A stretch of 64,000 nucleotides of DNA from a virus. Of the stretch, positions 17,309-27,057 are shown piece by piece. The notes beneath the pieces were generated by a model that ran no database searches, had not been told where the DNA came from, and saw nothing but the letters and a program-made list of their open reading frames with translations. A program made the translations under genes and the position numbers. Location: positions 1 through 64,000 of IMG/VR virus record IMGVR_UViG_3300032053_000042; one strand, given 5' to 3'. Within the stretch, counting starts at the first letter, position 1. Each line of letters starts with the position of its first letter.

Positions 17309-19792
17309 TCACTGGACGTCTAATGTAATCTCACTGAAAGGGCGTAACCTCTTCGGAACATCTAAGCCCTCAAGCTCGGCCTGCTCTACCTTCACTCCTA
17401 CGCATCGCTGAGTACGTGATCCCGTGCCGATGTATTGCTCTGGCATTATGTAGGAGCCTTGAAGTTCTCGAAGCTGCGATCGCACGGCTTGAATTTGCAA
17501 CAGTATACGCCCCTCTCTTCGGCGTTTAGCAGCCCACCATCCCCATGCGCCAGTTAGGTGGAACCATAAAATGTTCTGCTGTACGTCGTAGTACAGGAAG
17601 TATGCTGGCATTGGTGGAATCTGGCTGGCATAGGCGACCACGTCCTCGATAAAGTCGTCGACCAGGATTCGGGTACGTCCTGAAGTCGAGCTCACTAAGG
17701 TCCGCTCAAGGATATGTTTCCACGTCTCGCCTAAAACTTCCATCTGTGTTCCATTATACTCCATTGCGTGCGCGTTATACATCTTCAGGCCACACAGGAC
17801 CACAGCTAGGTTACGTCGTATTCTATCAGGCATCGACATTGGTAGCAGCATCTGAAGATCAGCAAGAGCTGTATCGAACATCAACTTCACCGAGCTCGAG
17901 GTCTCCCGAAGAGTTCGCTGGATATAGCGACCTGCAAAGTCTACAAGGCGTAGACGCGTCAAGGCTAGGAAGGCCTTATACGTTGCACTACCCTCCTGAC
18001 AAGGACCTAAGCTCATATTCACTACCACAGAGCGCTCTCGTATTGCAGGATCGCTAAAGGCGTCCTCTCCATCCACACTAAAAGGAGCGTCAAGATCGTA
18101 GCTTTGTGTCGTCTGATCAGGCCTACCACGAGAGTCTCGACCTACGTCATAAGCGCGTCGTGCTACATCTAGGAACTCTTCTTGGCCGTGAGCTGCTGTA
18201 TCTCTGAACTCCCCGAAGGAGATAGGTACAGCATTCGTACTAGCCATCATTGACAGCAGCACGAACATCCGTGTCTTCGACGGGTAAGCTCTTGGCTCCT
18301 TCCAGCCTACGAGAGGCTGTAGAACTCGTAACAAGGTACTTGACTTTCCACTACCTTGTGTTCCATAGACGTTAAGGATAGGAAACCTCTCTCCAGCTTC
18401 CTGCAGAAGCCCTTTAATCGGTGCAGCGAAGAACCATCCTACCATAGGTGCTATTACTTCCAGGTAGTTGATCTGTGGAAGGAGCTCGGTTATGGCCTTT
18501 ACAAGCTTTCTATACTCATCTGCTGGTGGAAAGGTATATACTACACTAGGAGTCTCTCTACCGCTGGAGAGAAAGACATATGGAGCTTCGTCACTAGGAT
18601 ACACAGTCTCCGCATCGAACACGCATTCGGGAGCGACCCATAGGTTCTCGTGCCGTCCTATGACTGATACTCCATGTGCGTGTGGTAAGCCAATATCATA
18701 TAGCTGATCCATAAGATGAGGTAGCCAAGCTTTTACCTCTCGATCGCTAGCTAGCCACTGCCACGAAGCTACGTGCAGATGCCTTCCTAACGCGTTTACA
18801 CTATTGAACGCCGACTTAGGAAGCGCTACGCCTGACCATGTAAAGTTATGTGAGGTGATGTCACCCAAGATCTGATCCTCGCTATCGTTGCCGTCGACCT
18901 TAATCAGCTTACGTGGCTTGAAGATAAAGGTTGCGACCTTCATAACTCCCTTGGAGGTCTTGTAGCATAGCTCTCCATCCTGCTCTATGAAGTCTGCCAC
19001 TGCAGCTACCTTTGGTTTCTGTAGTCGTGCAGACTCAATTGTACGGTCTAGGTACTGGTCTCCTCCACGCTCTGTATATCGATCTCCTACAGGTAATATC
19101 TGAAACAGGGTGTGGATACCGCTCTCAGAGACACTCACATGTAGGAACTCCTTTACTGCCCAGAAGTCCCTCTCGCTGCGAGACTTAAATCCTTGATTGC
19201 CGCCTTGCCAAAGCTTCTTAACTACGAGCTTGGATAGCGTCGTCAGAGCCAACACATCCGAGGCCTTGTAGATAGCTCTCTCGTTCGTAGACTTCATTGT
19301 CACAGGTACTGGGTGTTCAGGGACCTTATAGTTAGTAGTACCAGGCACCCGTAGTATCCACTTTGCGTTGTAAGTCCTTCCGCCTGCTCCAGCTCCGTGC
19401 GCCTGCCATAAGGCTCTCATTAGTTCGCCAGCTCTCTCGGAGTCAACAGGTTCAATCAAGTTCCAGTATAAGTGATATCCGTGCCCACTCGCTACCTGAT
19501 AAGTAAATGGAACAGGTGGACTTCCGCACAGCTTGTCTAGCTCGCCCTCAGGAAAGTCCTTTGAGTCCAGGTCTAGCCACACCACGGGAACCCTGGTAAC
19601 TTTTTCTACGTCCGTTAAGGCTCTTGGCGCCACACCGAAGTACGCATCGCCCTTTTCCTCGTTCATTGAAGCTGCAATAGCTAAGGCTTCCGGTACGCTT
19701 CGGGCCAGCCTACGCCTGTGAGGGGTAGGCGAGAAGACGAGAATCCCTTCCTCAGCTGTTAGGTCGCTGAAGATCGCTTCCAACAGTCCCAT
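17309..19792 (-). CDS. Primase (RepB-like) fused to P-loop helicase/ATPase
   Basis: WLDLD, SGHGYHLYW, LRVPGTTNYK; Walker A GTQGSGKS. Confidence 0.8.
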   Translation of the reverse strand: MGLLEAIFSDLTAEEGILVFSPTPHRRRLARSVPEALAIAASMNEEKGDAYFGVAPRALTDVEKVTRVPVVWLDLDSKDFPEGELDKLCGSPPVPFTYQVASGHGYHLYWNLIEPVDSERAGELMRALWQAHGAGAGGRTYNAKWILRVPGTTNYKVPEHPVPVTMKSTNERAIYKASDVLALTTLSKLVVKKLWQGGNQGFKSRSERDFWAVKEFLHVSVSESGIHTLFQILPVGDRYTERGGDQYLDRTIESARLQKPKVAAVADFIEQDGELCYKTSKGVMKVATFIFKPRKLIKVDGNDSEDQILGDITSHNFTWSGVALPKSAFNSVNALGRHLHVASWQWLASDREVKAWLPHLMDQLYDIGLPHAHGVSVIGRHENLWVAPECVFDAETVYPSDEAPYVFLSSGRETPSVVYTFPPADEYRKLVKAITELLPQINYLEVIAPMVGWFFAAPIKGLLQEAGERFPILNVYGTQGSGKSSTLLRVLQPLVGWKEPRAYPSKTRMFVLLSMMASTNAVPISFGEFRDTAAHGQEEFLDVARRAYDVGRDSRGRPDQTTQSYDLDAPFSVDGEDAFSDPAIRERSVVVNMSLGPCQEGSATYKAFLALTRLRLVDFAGRYIQRTLRETSSSVKLMFDTALADLQMLLPMSMPDRIRRNLAVVLCGLKMYNAHAMEYNGTQMEVLGETWKHILERTLVSSTSGRTRILVDDFIEDVVAYASQIPPMPAYFLYYDVQQNILWFHLTGAWGWWAAKRRREGRILLQIQAVRSQLRELQGSYIMPEQYIGTGSRTQRCVGVKVEQAELEGLDVPKRLRPFSEITLDVQ

Positions 19793-19794
19793 AG

Positions 19795-20721
19795 CTACGC
19801 CAACGTTCGAAGTCGCTGGTTGATACGCTCACAGAGTTCTAGGTTGGTCTGTGTTACTTGAGCTGTATAAACCCATGCCGCAAGTCGAGCTGCCTTGCTA
19901 TGAACGATATCCAGCTTCAGGACGTCTCCGTCTAGCTCTGAGCAATCAGTCTCTATCATAACTATAGGAGCGTTTCCATCCTCTTCGAATCGCTCTGGAG
20001 GTAGCTCAGCCTTAGGAGTCATCCAGGCGACGCAGCTCTCCCTCGTCCTAGGATTGGTCATCCATGAAGTATCCGGTAGTGGTAGGCTGAGCGCCTCCTC
20101 TACCGTCATCATACGATCGCCGTGCATAGGCGGTGACCATACGTTCTTTTTGCCGCTCCCAGCAGTCCAGCCCAGATAGGTTTCCTGGATCGCCTTCAGA
20201 TAGACCTGGCCTGTTAAGCGTGCATCCTGTGCTACGTATTTCAATACGCGCTTTTGTTCCTCGAGGCTTTTACGCCATAGAATAGGAGCCATGGCTCCGC
20301 TCAGGCCTCCTAGCTTTCCTCCTAGATCAGCGCCCTTAGCGGCGGCATCTAGGCCGATCATAAAGCCTTTAGTACACAACATTAGGAACGCTGGGTCGAT
20401 GCTGTGCAAAGCCAGACTTCTACAGTCGTCGAAGAGTCCACTCTCTTGAGCTAGGATAGGCCAGTCGAAACCTGTACCGTTCCAGGTAACGATGATGTCG
20501 CCTAGATGCCAGCGCTCCAGTAGTAGGTTAACGAGCGCAACGGCTCCGAACTTCTCAATCTGTAGTGCGTGCATCCCTCCTTCTTCTAGAGGCTCACCAT
20601 ATGTTACTGTAGCTGCTCCACGTTCGGAGCTCCACAGAGCGGCGCAGATGATATGAGTGCCCGACAGATCAGTTGTAGCCTCGCACGACGTTTCAATGTC
20701 AAAGCCTATGACGTTTGGCAT
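19795..20721 (-). CDS. DEDD/RNase H-like 3'-5' exonuclease
   Basis: FDIET, WNGTGFD, YVAQD. Confidence 0.75.
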   Translation of the reverse strand: MPNVIGFDIETSCEATTDLSGTHIICAALWSSERGAATVTYGEPLEEGGMHALQIEKFGAVALVNLLLERWHLGDIIVTWNGTGFDWPILAQESGLFDDCRSLALHSIDPAFLMLCTKGFMIGLDAAAKGADLGGKLGGLSGAMAPILWRKSLEEQKRVLKYVAQDARLTGQVYLKAIQETYLGWTAGSGKKNVWSPPMHGDRMMTVEEALSLPLPDTSWMTNPRTRESCVAWMTPKAELPPERFEEDGNAPIVMIETDCSELDGDVLKLDIVHSKAARLAAWVYTAQVTQTNLELCERINQRLRTLA

Positions 20722-21122
20722 GAGTCTCCCTTGTCTACTAGCTTAGCGAAGAAGTCGTCAAGCGCCTGGCGTAGACCAGGCCGCATTACCACAGCATGAG
20801 AGGGAGAGTTCTCTATACTAGGACTAATAGCTCCTAGAATAATCTGTATGGTCCAAAGCGACGCCGTGAACATCAAGGTCTGTACGCTGTCACAGAAGAG
20901 GGCCACTCTACTCCATACTTCCGCAAGTGCCCCTTCGGTAGGATGTCGCCAGACAATCTGTAAGTAGAAGAAGTGGTTATCCGGTACCGCCTGAATGTTC
21001 ATGACGATGTCGCCTCTGACTTTATTGTCGACCTTAACTTCACTGACCCAGCTCGTCTTGTCTGCCTGTATGTTCCATAGAATTGCGAGATCGGGTCCGA
21101 GTGTAGGTTCTGATTGCTCCAT
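20706..21122 (-). CDS. Hypothetical protein
   Basis: AGGAGGT SD. Confidence 0.5.
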   Translation of the reverse strand: MEQSEPTLGPDLAILWNIQADKTSWVSEVKVDNKVRGDIVMNIQAVPDNHFFYLQIVWRHPTEGALAEVWSRVALFCDSVQTLMFTASLWTIQIILGAISPSIENSPSHAVVMRPGLRQALDDFFAKLVDKGDSCQTS

Positions 21123-21244
21123 AATACCTCCTCATAAGGGCTTAGGACTAGTCTTGATGGTTTGTGCTAACCTTAGCTGTTCCAGAGCAAGCTCTAGCCC
21201 TAAGCCCGAGTATTAGGCTACTGGCTAGTACTAGATAGCAAGAC

Positions 21245-21760
21245 CTAGAAGATCGAGTCGGTCTTAGCCTCGGCGACTGGATCGTCGGCGCCCGCAACAC
21301 CTCCGTCTGAAAACGGAGCCGCAGGATCTGTCGTCATCTCGGCAGGTACCTTGTCGATAGACATGACTTTCGTTACACGATTGCGAAGCTCACCTTCGTA
21401 AGTCTGTGTTCCGATTCGAACTCCACAGGTCTGGTCGAGAAGGACCATCGGATTTAAGTGGACCGGACCTTTGAGATCCGACATCGGAAAGCCTAGTCCT
21501 ACCAAGACGCTCTGGAGGATTCCGCGAGCCTGGCCTTGTAGCGAGACCACGAAGAACTGCTTTCGGCCTACATACTTTGCTGGACCGAGCAGCTCGAACG
21601 TGAAGTACAGAGCTGGAGCCCCACTACTCGCGGAGTTCTTAACGTTGACCTCGTCTACCCGCGCGGGATAGATTCCCTCTGGGATTAGTCGAGTCTCCTC
21701 TACCCCGGTGAAGTCAATATCGACCGCGCCATCGGTGTCAATGATTGTATCTTGTGGCAT
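21245..21760 (-). CDS. DUF669-like single-stranded DNA-binding protein
   Basis: IPEG.Y.ARV....SG...L.FTF; acidic tail ending DSIF; next to Sak4-like gene. Confidence 0.75.
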   Translation of the reverse strand: MPQDTIIDTDGAVDIDFTGVEETRLIPEGIYPARVDEVNVKNSASSGAPALYFTFELLGPAKYVGRKQFFVVSLQGQARGILQSVLVGLGFPMSDLKGPVHLNPMVLLDQTCGVRIGTQTYEGELRNRVTKVMSIDKVPAEMTTDPAAPFSDGGVAGADDPVAEAKTDSIF

Positions 21761-21849
21761 TGTTGTCTCCTTTTCTAAACGATTATAGATTCGCAACGCT
21801 GTTCCATCCCTAATACAAGTCGCTCAGAACAAAATAACCACCTCCTTTC

Positions 21850-22632
21850 CTAGACCAGCAGGACAGCATCGTCCGTCCGAGTAGCAGGTAGCTCGGTGCA
21901 GGGGCCGACTAGTGCTGTGTAGATTTTGGCCATCGTTGGGTCCACTAGCGTAGAGCCGAGCTTGCCTTCCGGAGAACGGTCCTTAGCGGTAACGCCGTCG
22001 TATGATTGGACTTGTAGCCAGCGACTAACTGTTGGTGCACGTCCTGGTACAAGAGAAGCTACGGACTTCGAGTTCAGATAGTAGACACCATCAAAATAGC
22101 GACCTGTACGGAATGACAGTTTTCCGGCCATATCAGGGTCGATGGACAACACTCGTCCAGTCTCACCATCAATCAGAGGCTGGTCGTTAGCTGTAGCGAT
22201 AACGTGCACTGTGGCGTGGCCATCGATATAACGGAGTAGTTTCAAGATGCGATCGTGTCCCGTCCTAAAGTCGTTCCGACTAGGAGTGTCCTCATGGTTG
22301 CCCTTAGCCTGCTGTACACGTAGTATAAGAGCGTGCAGCTCCGATAGAGAGTCGATGATCACTGTCTTAATCTTACCTGGACTAGCAATAACGTTCTGAA
22401 GCGCCACTAGGTCTGCCTCAGACACCCCTGTGCAGACTCGAACGCGTCCCGTTTCAATAAAGGTTTTGATAGAGAGCATTCCACGCTCCGTCGCGAACCA
22501 GTAAATGGGACAAAGCTCTTTCACCAGTGCCGCTGTAGCCGCTAGGTAGGTCTTTCCTGAGCCAGAGCGGCCATACAGTAGGACCTTGAGTTTCCAGTCG
22601 GCGAACATTTTACTTGTGTCCAACACAGGCAT
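21850..22632 (-). CDS. Sak4-like AAA_24 recombination ATPase
   Basis: LLYGRSGSGKT, VIIDSLSEL, AKDR. Confidence 0.82.
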   Translation of the reverse strand: MPVLDTSKMFADWKLKVLLYGRSGSGKTYLAATAALVKELCPIYWFATERGMLSIKTFIETGRVRVCTGVSEADLVALQNVIASPGKIKTVIIDSLSELHALILRVQQAKGNHEDTPSRNDFRTGHDRILKLLRYIDGHATVHVIATANDQPLIDGETGRVLSIDPDMAGKLSFRTGRYFDGVYYLNSKSVASLVPGRAPTVSRWLQVQSYDGVTAKDRSPEGKLGSTLVDPTMAKIYTALVGPCTELPATRTDDAVLLV

Positions 22633-22701
22633 CTACTTCCTCCTTAGTGTACAACTATACGACTACGTGATCACAGCTACATAGCTTCCACGTCTCCTCT
22701 A

Positions 22702-23754
22702 TCATACGTCCTCCACTAGACACTCTCGAGCTAGCTTGTCCTCATGCAGCGATAGGAACCTTGGGTGCCTGTATGCCCCGTCGCGTGTAATCTCCATTGC
22801 TGTAATCCTCATAACCTTACCCACGAGAGCTTCAGCGGTCTTAGAGCTAAAGCTAGCTCGTACATCTTCCGTCATTCCACTACAGGTGCCAAGACGAACT
22901 AGTCGACCTGTACGGTTGTACTTCCCAAAAACGACCGCTCCAATCCATTGATTGTACCAGAGCTTTGTTACAGCATCACCGCCCTCCCAATACAACCAAT
23001 TATTGGCGTCCTTACCAGTATACTCTCTTGTAGGTGGCTCGAAGCCCATTATAACGACGTCGTCGTCGAACTCGGCTTTAACTTTAAGCCAGCACCAAGC
23101 GGGACGCTTCCCAGGATAGTATAAGCCACGACGACTCTTGAGCACAATACCTTCACGCCCCGCAGCTAGCTCCGCGTCAAGAAAAGCTCGCTTATCGGTC
23201 TTGACTACCTTGACGACATGAACCAGCTCGGACTCAATGGTCCTAGTAATAGAATCTAGATAGGCCCGACGTCCTTCCCAGGGTACTCCTATCATCGACG
23301 CTCCCTCGATGGTACGTAGTATGTCGAAGACCATATAATGCAGCTGAGTCTTCTCCTGACGCCGAACTGCCTCGTCGGCCTCGCATCCTACAACACTTAC
23401 TACATCCTGTGCCTTTCCGCCTAGAACAACGATCTCTCCATCGAGAATGAGCTTACCTAGGAACAGATGCAGCTTCATATCCTCGAGTGAGCCTGCGTAG
23501 AGCTCCTGGACAATAGGCCTTAGTTGTGCAGTCTTCTCAACAGGCCAGCCTGTGGGTTCTCCATCGACTACCTGTATGTGTGTCGAAAAGAACCTACCGT
23601 CGATATACAAGTAACGGCATCCATCCCATTTGGTCTCCGCGATGTAGTCTGTACCATCCAGGGCCTCGTCTAGTTTAGTCATGTGGCCTGGATTGTCCTT
23701 ATTAGGCTTACAAGGCTTCATTACTTCTAGAACGCTCTTTAGCGGATATGTCAT
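22702..23754 (-). CDS. ATP-dependent DNA ligase
   Basis: ETKWDGCR, LDGEI, FDIL, EGIVLK, WLKVK, RHPRF. Confidence 0.9.
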   Translation of the reverse strand: MTYPLKSVLEVMKPCKPNKDNPGHMTKLDEALDGTDYIAETKWDGCRYLYIDGRFFSTHIQVVDGEPTGWPVEKTAQLRPIVQELYAGSLEDMKLHLFLGKLILDGEIVVLGGKAQDVVSVVGCEADEAVRRQEKTQLHYMVFDILRTIEGASMIGVPWEGRRAYLDSITRTIESELVHVVKVVKTDKRAFLDAELAAGREGIVLKSRRGLYYPGKRPAWCWLKVKAEFDDDVVIMGFEPPTREYTGKDANNWLYWEGGDAVTKLWYNQWIGAVVFGKYNRTGRLVRLGTCSGMTEDVRASFSSKTAEALVGKVMRITAMEITRDGAYRHPRFLSLHEDKLARECLVEDV

Positions 23755-23776
23755 AGCCCTCCTTTCACTACCACTA

Positions 23777-24157
23777 CTAGTTAATCTCTCCTAGTGCACA
23801 TCCGTCTTTGCCTAAACCAACCTCTTGAGCTGCAGCTGGCCATAGATCCACGTAGCCACTGATCCCGTTGGCTAGTCTATCTACCACAGTAACAGTCACC
23901 TCACGACGAGCCTGAATGTCGCCATTGCACTCGTGCAGCACAGTGATGTGTAGGACGGTGCCTAGCGGAACGTCATTCGAGGCGGCTCCAAGATACTCGT
24001 AGTTCACTACTTCTGGTGCACCTACTGGCGTTACCCTGTGCCAGCTCGCTGCGTGGCGTCTCCAGGTGAATTCGTCATCGATACCATAAGTTGTAACGGT
24101 CACAGGCACAGATGCAATATGTAGCGCCAACAGTAGCGCAATAAGACTTGAAGGCAT
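23777..24157 (-). CDS. Secreted RlpA-like double-psi beta-barrel protein
   Basis: Signal peptide; AA...PLGT.L.I...V.VVDR...DL...A. Confidence 0.55.
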   Translation of the reverse strand: MPSSLIALLLALHIASVPVTVTTYGIDDEFTWRRHAASWHRVTPVGAPEVVNYEYLGAASNDVPLGTVLHITVLHECNGDIQARREVTVTVVDRLANGISGYVDLWPAAAQEVGLGKDGCALGEIN

Positions 24158-25167
24158 TACGCATCTTCCTTGTAATACTCGCTCACGCTAAACTCTTCAA
24201 GCATATCGTTGTAAAGCTGCCCGCTGAATCGAGCTCGACATAGCTCCGTGAACTCGCATCCTGGACACGTTCGTAAGGCGTCTTGAGGGTATATAGCTGG
24301 CTTGTTAATGATCTCGCCCACGATTGCTTCTAAGCTATGCTCGAAGATCTGTAGCTGCTCGTCCGAGTAAGTAATCAAGTAGCGCCGAAAGAAAAGGTCT
24401 TTCGGTAGAAGACTAACGAACTCGGCATAGTCATCTGGATCGAGTCCCTTAGCTCGTACCAGTGCTAGATAGGCCTCAGGAGTCGAACGAAGGTTGCGTC
24501 GCTTCGCCAGCTGGCCCGAAGCCAACACCTCAGGCTTCGTGGGCGGTACCTTGTACAAGAAGTTATACATGATCCCTTTGATGAAACCTACGTTTGCTAG
24601 AGCTGGATCTTTTCTCGCAGCCCATACGTAAGCCTGACCCTGGTACGCCATCGCCACTAAAGGCTCAGCAGGTATTCGAGAGCTGGTCTTGTGCTCAAGT
24701 AGCCACAAATCCCCACGAAGGTCTTGGACAAGGCCGTCTGTCTGTCCGGCGAAATCGTACGTTGACCGAGTTACTTTTAGAGGCACCTCAGGCATAATCA
24801 CGGTGAAGTGGTCGTGGCCCGGCGCCCAGAGGGCATAATGATTGAGAACATCCATCCCTAGCTGCGCAAATTCCTTTAGGTCCTCTGGGACGTAGCCTAG
24901 CTCCTCTTTGATATGTCCAAGGGATCTTAGTACTTCTGAGGTGTAGGCACCTCGTAATGAAGCTGCTGCACGAGTACTCGAGCCTGCACCGTAGTAAGCA
25001 GCAAGTGCATAGTGTACCATTCTCCCGAGCCACATATGTTTGCTAGGCTTGGCCGGAGCTAGGCTCTGTCGTAGCGGAGAGGTAAAGTCCCACTTCGCAC
25101 GACAATTTAGATATGTGGCCACGTCGGATATGTGAATGACTGGCCGCTCGGCGTCAGTTTGTGACAT
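24157..25167 (-). CDS. PD-(D/E)XK (RecB/Cas4-like) nuclease
   Basis: S....YLNC, G..VH.AL, E...GQTDGL...LEHKT, C..CEF..LC. Confidence 0.85.
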   Translation of the reverse strand: MSQTDAERPVIHISDVATYLNCRAKWDFTSPLRQSLAPAKPSKHMWLGRMVHYALAAYYGAGSSTRAAASLRGAYTSEVLRSLGHIKEELGYVPEDLKEFAQLGMDVLNHYALWAPGHDHFTVIMPEVPLKVTRSTYDFAGQTDGLVQDLRGDLWLLEHKTSSRIPAEPLVAMAYQGQAYVWAARKDPALANVGFIKGIMYNFLYKVPPTKPEVLASGQLAKRRNLRSTPEAYLALVRAKGLDPDDYAEFVSLLPKDLFFRRYLITYSDEQLQIFEHSLEAIVGEIINKPAIYPQDALRTCPGCEFTELCRARFSGQLYNDMLEEFSVSEYYKEDA

Positions 25168-25597
25168 CTTGTACTCCCATAGGGAAGAGTGTCGATTGTA
25201 TAATAACAATCTTGTCGTCACTACCTGCTACATCCTCAAGCGATTTATGAAAGCTACGAGCCTGCAGTACGTCTTCTGGTACCACAGGGGCTGCATCAGC
25301 AAGGGCGATAAGCTCGTCTGCCAGCTGCCGTAGCTTCTCTACGTTCAGGTAGTACAGAACTCGCTTCGGTTCCACGTTGTGTTGGAAGACTAGACCTACG
25401 TCGATGAGCGTGCTCATGTGATGCCACAACCCTAACGATCTTGGTAGAAGGTCAGCCAGTTCTGTTGGCCGCCTAGGTCCATCAGTCAGAGCCAGCAAGA
25501 TTCGCACTCTAGGATCGCTACCTAGAGCTGCAAAGCCCTTGATATCGATAACATCGCTAACAGTCTCTGTATCTGTGTCGAATACTTCGTCTGTCAT
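25154..25597 (-). CDS. ArsR-family winged-HTH regulator
   Basis: ALG..PRVRIL..L..GP....ELA......HHM..L...GLV. Confidence 0.75.
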   Translation of the reverse strand: MTDEVFDTDTETVSDVIDIKGFAALGSDPRVRILLALTDGPRRPTELADLLPRSLGLWHHMSTLIDVGLVFQHNVEPKRVLYYLNVEKLRQLADELIALADAAPVVPEDVLQARSFHKSLEDVAGSDDKIVIIQSTLFPMGVQDVTN

Positions 25598-25607
25598 TCT
25601 CTCCTCC

Positions 25608-25901
25608 TTATCGTTTCGCTCGTGTCGTTAGTAGCTGCATTGAGATCACCGCGTACCAGGCGTCGCTTGGGTCTAGTAGTTCGACTTCACCAGAGTCGCC
25701 TATGTACTCGATTGGAAGCCCTAGTTGTAGTCGTTCCTTAACAGATAATCCTGCGAGCCCTTCTGTGTCTTGCTGAACCTGTCGTATCTGTACCTGTATC
25801 TGAGGCACCTTGGGGCTCTGATGAAACCACCATTCTCGATTCCACCATACTACAGCTACGACCAGAATGAGAACGAGGAGGAGGCCTCCACAGACAGCCA
25901 T
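25608..25901 (-). CDS. Small membrane-anchored protein
   Basis: N-terminal TM helix after GGAG SD. Confidence 0.5.
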   Translation of the reverse strand: MAVCGGLLLVLILVVAVVWWNREWWFHQSPKVPQIQVQIRQVQQDTEGLAGLSVKERLQLGLPIEYIGDSGEVELLDPSDAWYAVISMQLLTTRAKR

Positions 25902-26698
25902 TACTCCTTCACTCCGAAGGCTTGGCTCAACAGAGCCTCGATACCTATTTGGCCCTCGACAGTACTTCGTATTCGTGCTCCTCGTACTTCGTTCCACAGA
26001 ATGAAGCTTGCTAGCTTGACCGGATGTACATCGGCCTTCGCTGCCGCTCTCTTCAGAGCTACCTTAAAGTCTGCAGAAGTCTGCACTAACTTTCTCTGAG
26101 GCGCTTCGTAGCCATGAAGTCGCATACAGTACCCCTCGAACGCTTTCCACAGTGGTGTACCTACTAGAACTGATAGGTCCACTATAGCCATCGCCTCAAG
26201 AGCTCGATAGATAGCCTCGTAGGCGTCACATTCCCTTCCATTACAAACTCGCTGTAGCTCTTCCATATACATCTTGTGGGCGAAGTCGAACACCCAAGTA
26301 AGAATAGGATGATCTCGAGCGCTTTCGTGTGCCATTGGTACTCGTAGTTCCAAGCCTGGAAAAAGCTCAGGTGCAGCTTGGAGTGTAGGTAAGTTCTCCT
26401 GAAGAATGAAGTTACCCACAGAGTCAGCTAGATTAGCGTTGTACATTGTAGTAGCAAGGCGTGTTAGTAGTCTTGCAGCTCTTGGAGAAATAATGATAGA
26501 ACGTCGAGTGCCTCTGAGCCTAAGCTCGTCTTGGAGCCAAGCTAAGGCTTCATGTGCTCCTGCGTCTAATACTTGGTAGTGCTCAAGGATCAAATAATCG
26601 GCAATGACATCCATTGATACAGGCCAGCGCTTCTTAATAGTTCGCTGCGTCATCAAAAGTTCGGTACGTACGTCGTCTGCTAGTCTTAGAGTACCCAC
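25901..26698 (-). CDS. Hypothetical protein
   Basis: GTG start behind a GGAGGAGGAGG run. Confidence 0.5.
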   Translation of the reverse strand: MGTLRLADDVRTELLMTQRTIKKRWPVSMDVIADYLILEHYQVLDAGAHEALAWLQDELRLRGTRRSIIISPRAARLLTRLATTMYNANLADSVGNFILQENLPTLQAAPELFPGLELRVPMAHESARDHPILTWVFDFAHKMYMEELQRVCNGRECDAYEAIYRALEAMAIVDLSVLVGTPLWKAFEGYCMRLHGYEAPQRKLVQTSADFKVALKRAAAKADVHPVKLASFILWNEVRGARIRSTVEGQIGIEALLSQAFGVKE

Positions 26699-26726
26699 GA
26701 TCCTCCTCCTCCTCTCGTTCAAGATA

Positions 26727-26823
26727 GAGCGGTGTCGCGACTCGAACGCGATGTCAGACGCTGGGAGTCCGACCTAGGAACTAGCGGGGTCTAGTCCTAG
26801 TGCACGCCTTGCAAGCACCGCTC
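26727..26823 (-). ncRNA. Non-canonical tRNA-like RNA (8-bp acceptor, 5-bp T-stem, two long internal arms)
   Basis: GAGCGGTG/CACCGCTC; TGCA-AGGCG-TGCA; CTAGGACTAG/CTAG(T)TCCTAG; GTCGGAC/GTCTGAC; TCGCG-TTCGAGT-CGCGA; intergenic; no encoded CCA. Confidence 0.7.
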
Positions 26824-26832
26824 GTACATCTG

Positions 26833-27057
26833 TTAGTGTTTCCGATTCCACATACACGACCAGGTCTTTGTGCGTCGGTCGTACTGTGGGCACGTCCGGA
26901 TGGACCAGCATTCAGTAACCGTTACAGGCGCGTCGTGTTCGGACTCTTGATAGCCTATGCCTAGATTGTAACGGTTGTAGTGGCAGCCTGGACACACCTT
27001 CTCCTTCATCATAGCGATGAAGGCCTTCGAGCCCTTTCGGATACGTGGTTTCTTCAT
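26833..27057 (-). CDS. Small Cys-rich basic protein
   Basis: CPGC...CW...C; coupled start. Confidence 0.45.
   Translation of the reverse strand: MKKPRIRKGSKAFIAMMKEKVCPGCHYNRYNLGIGYQESEHDAPVTVTECWSIRTCPQYDRRTKTWSCMWNRKH

Noticed and set aside
6561-19792. Inteins or introns in helicase, polymerases or primase
   Set aside because: Protein lengths and motif spacing are ordinary; no intein terminal motifs or split genes seen
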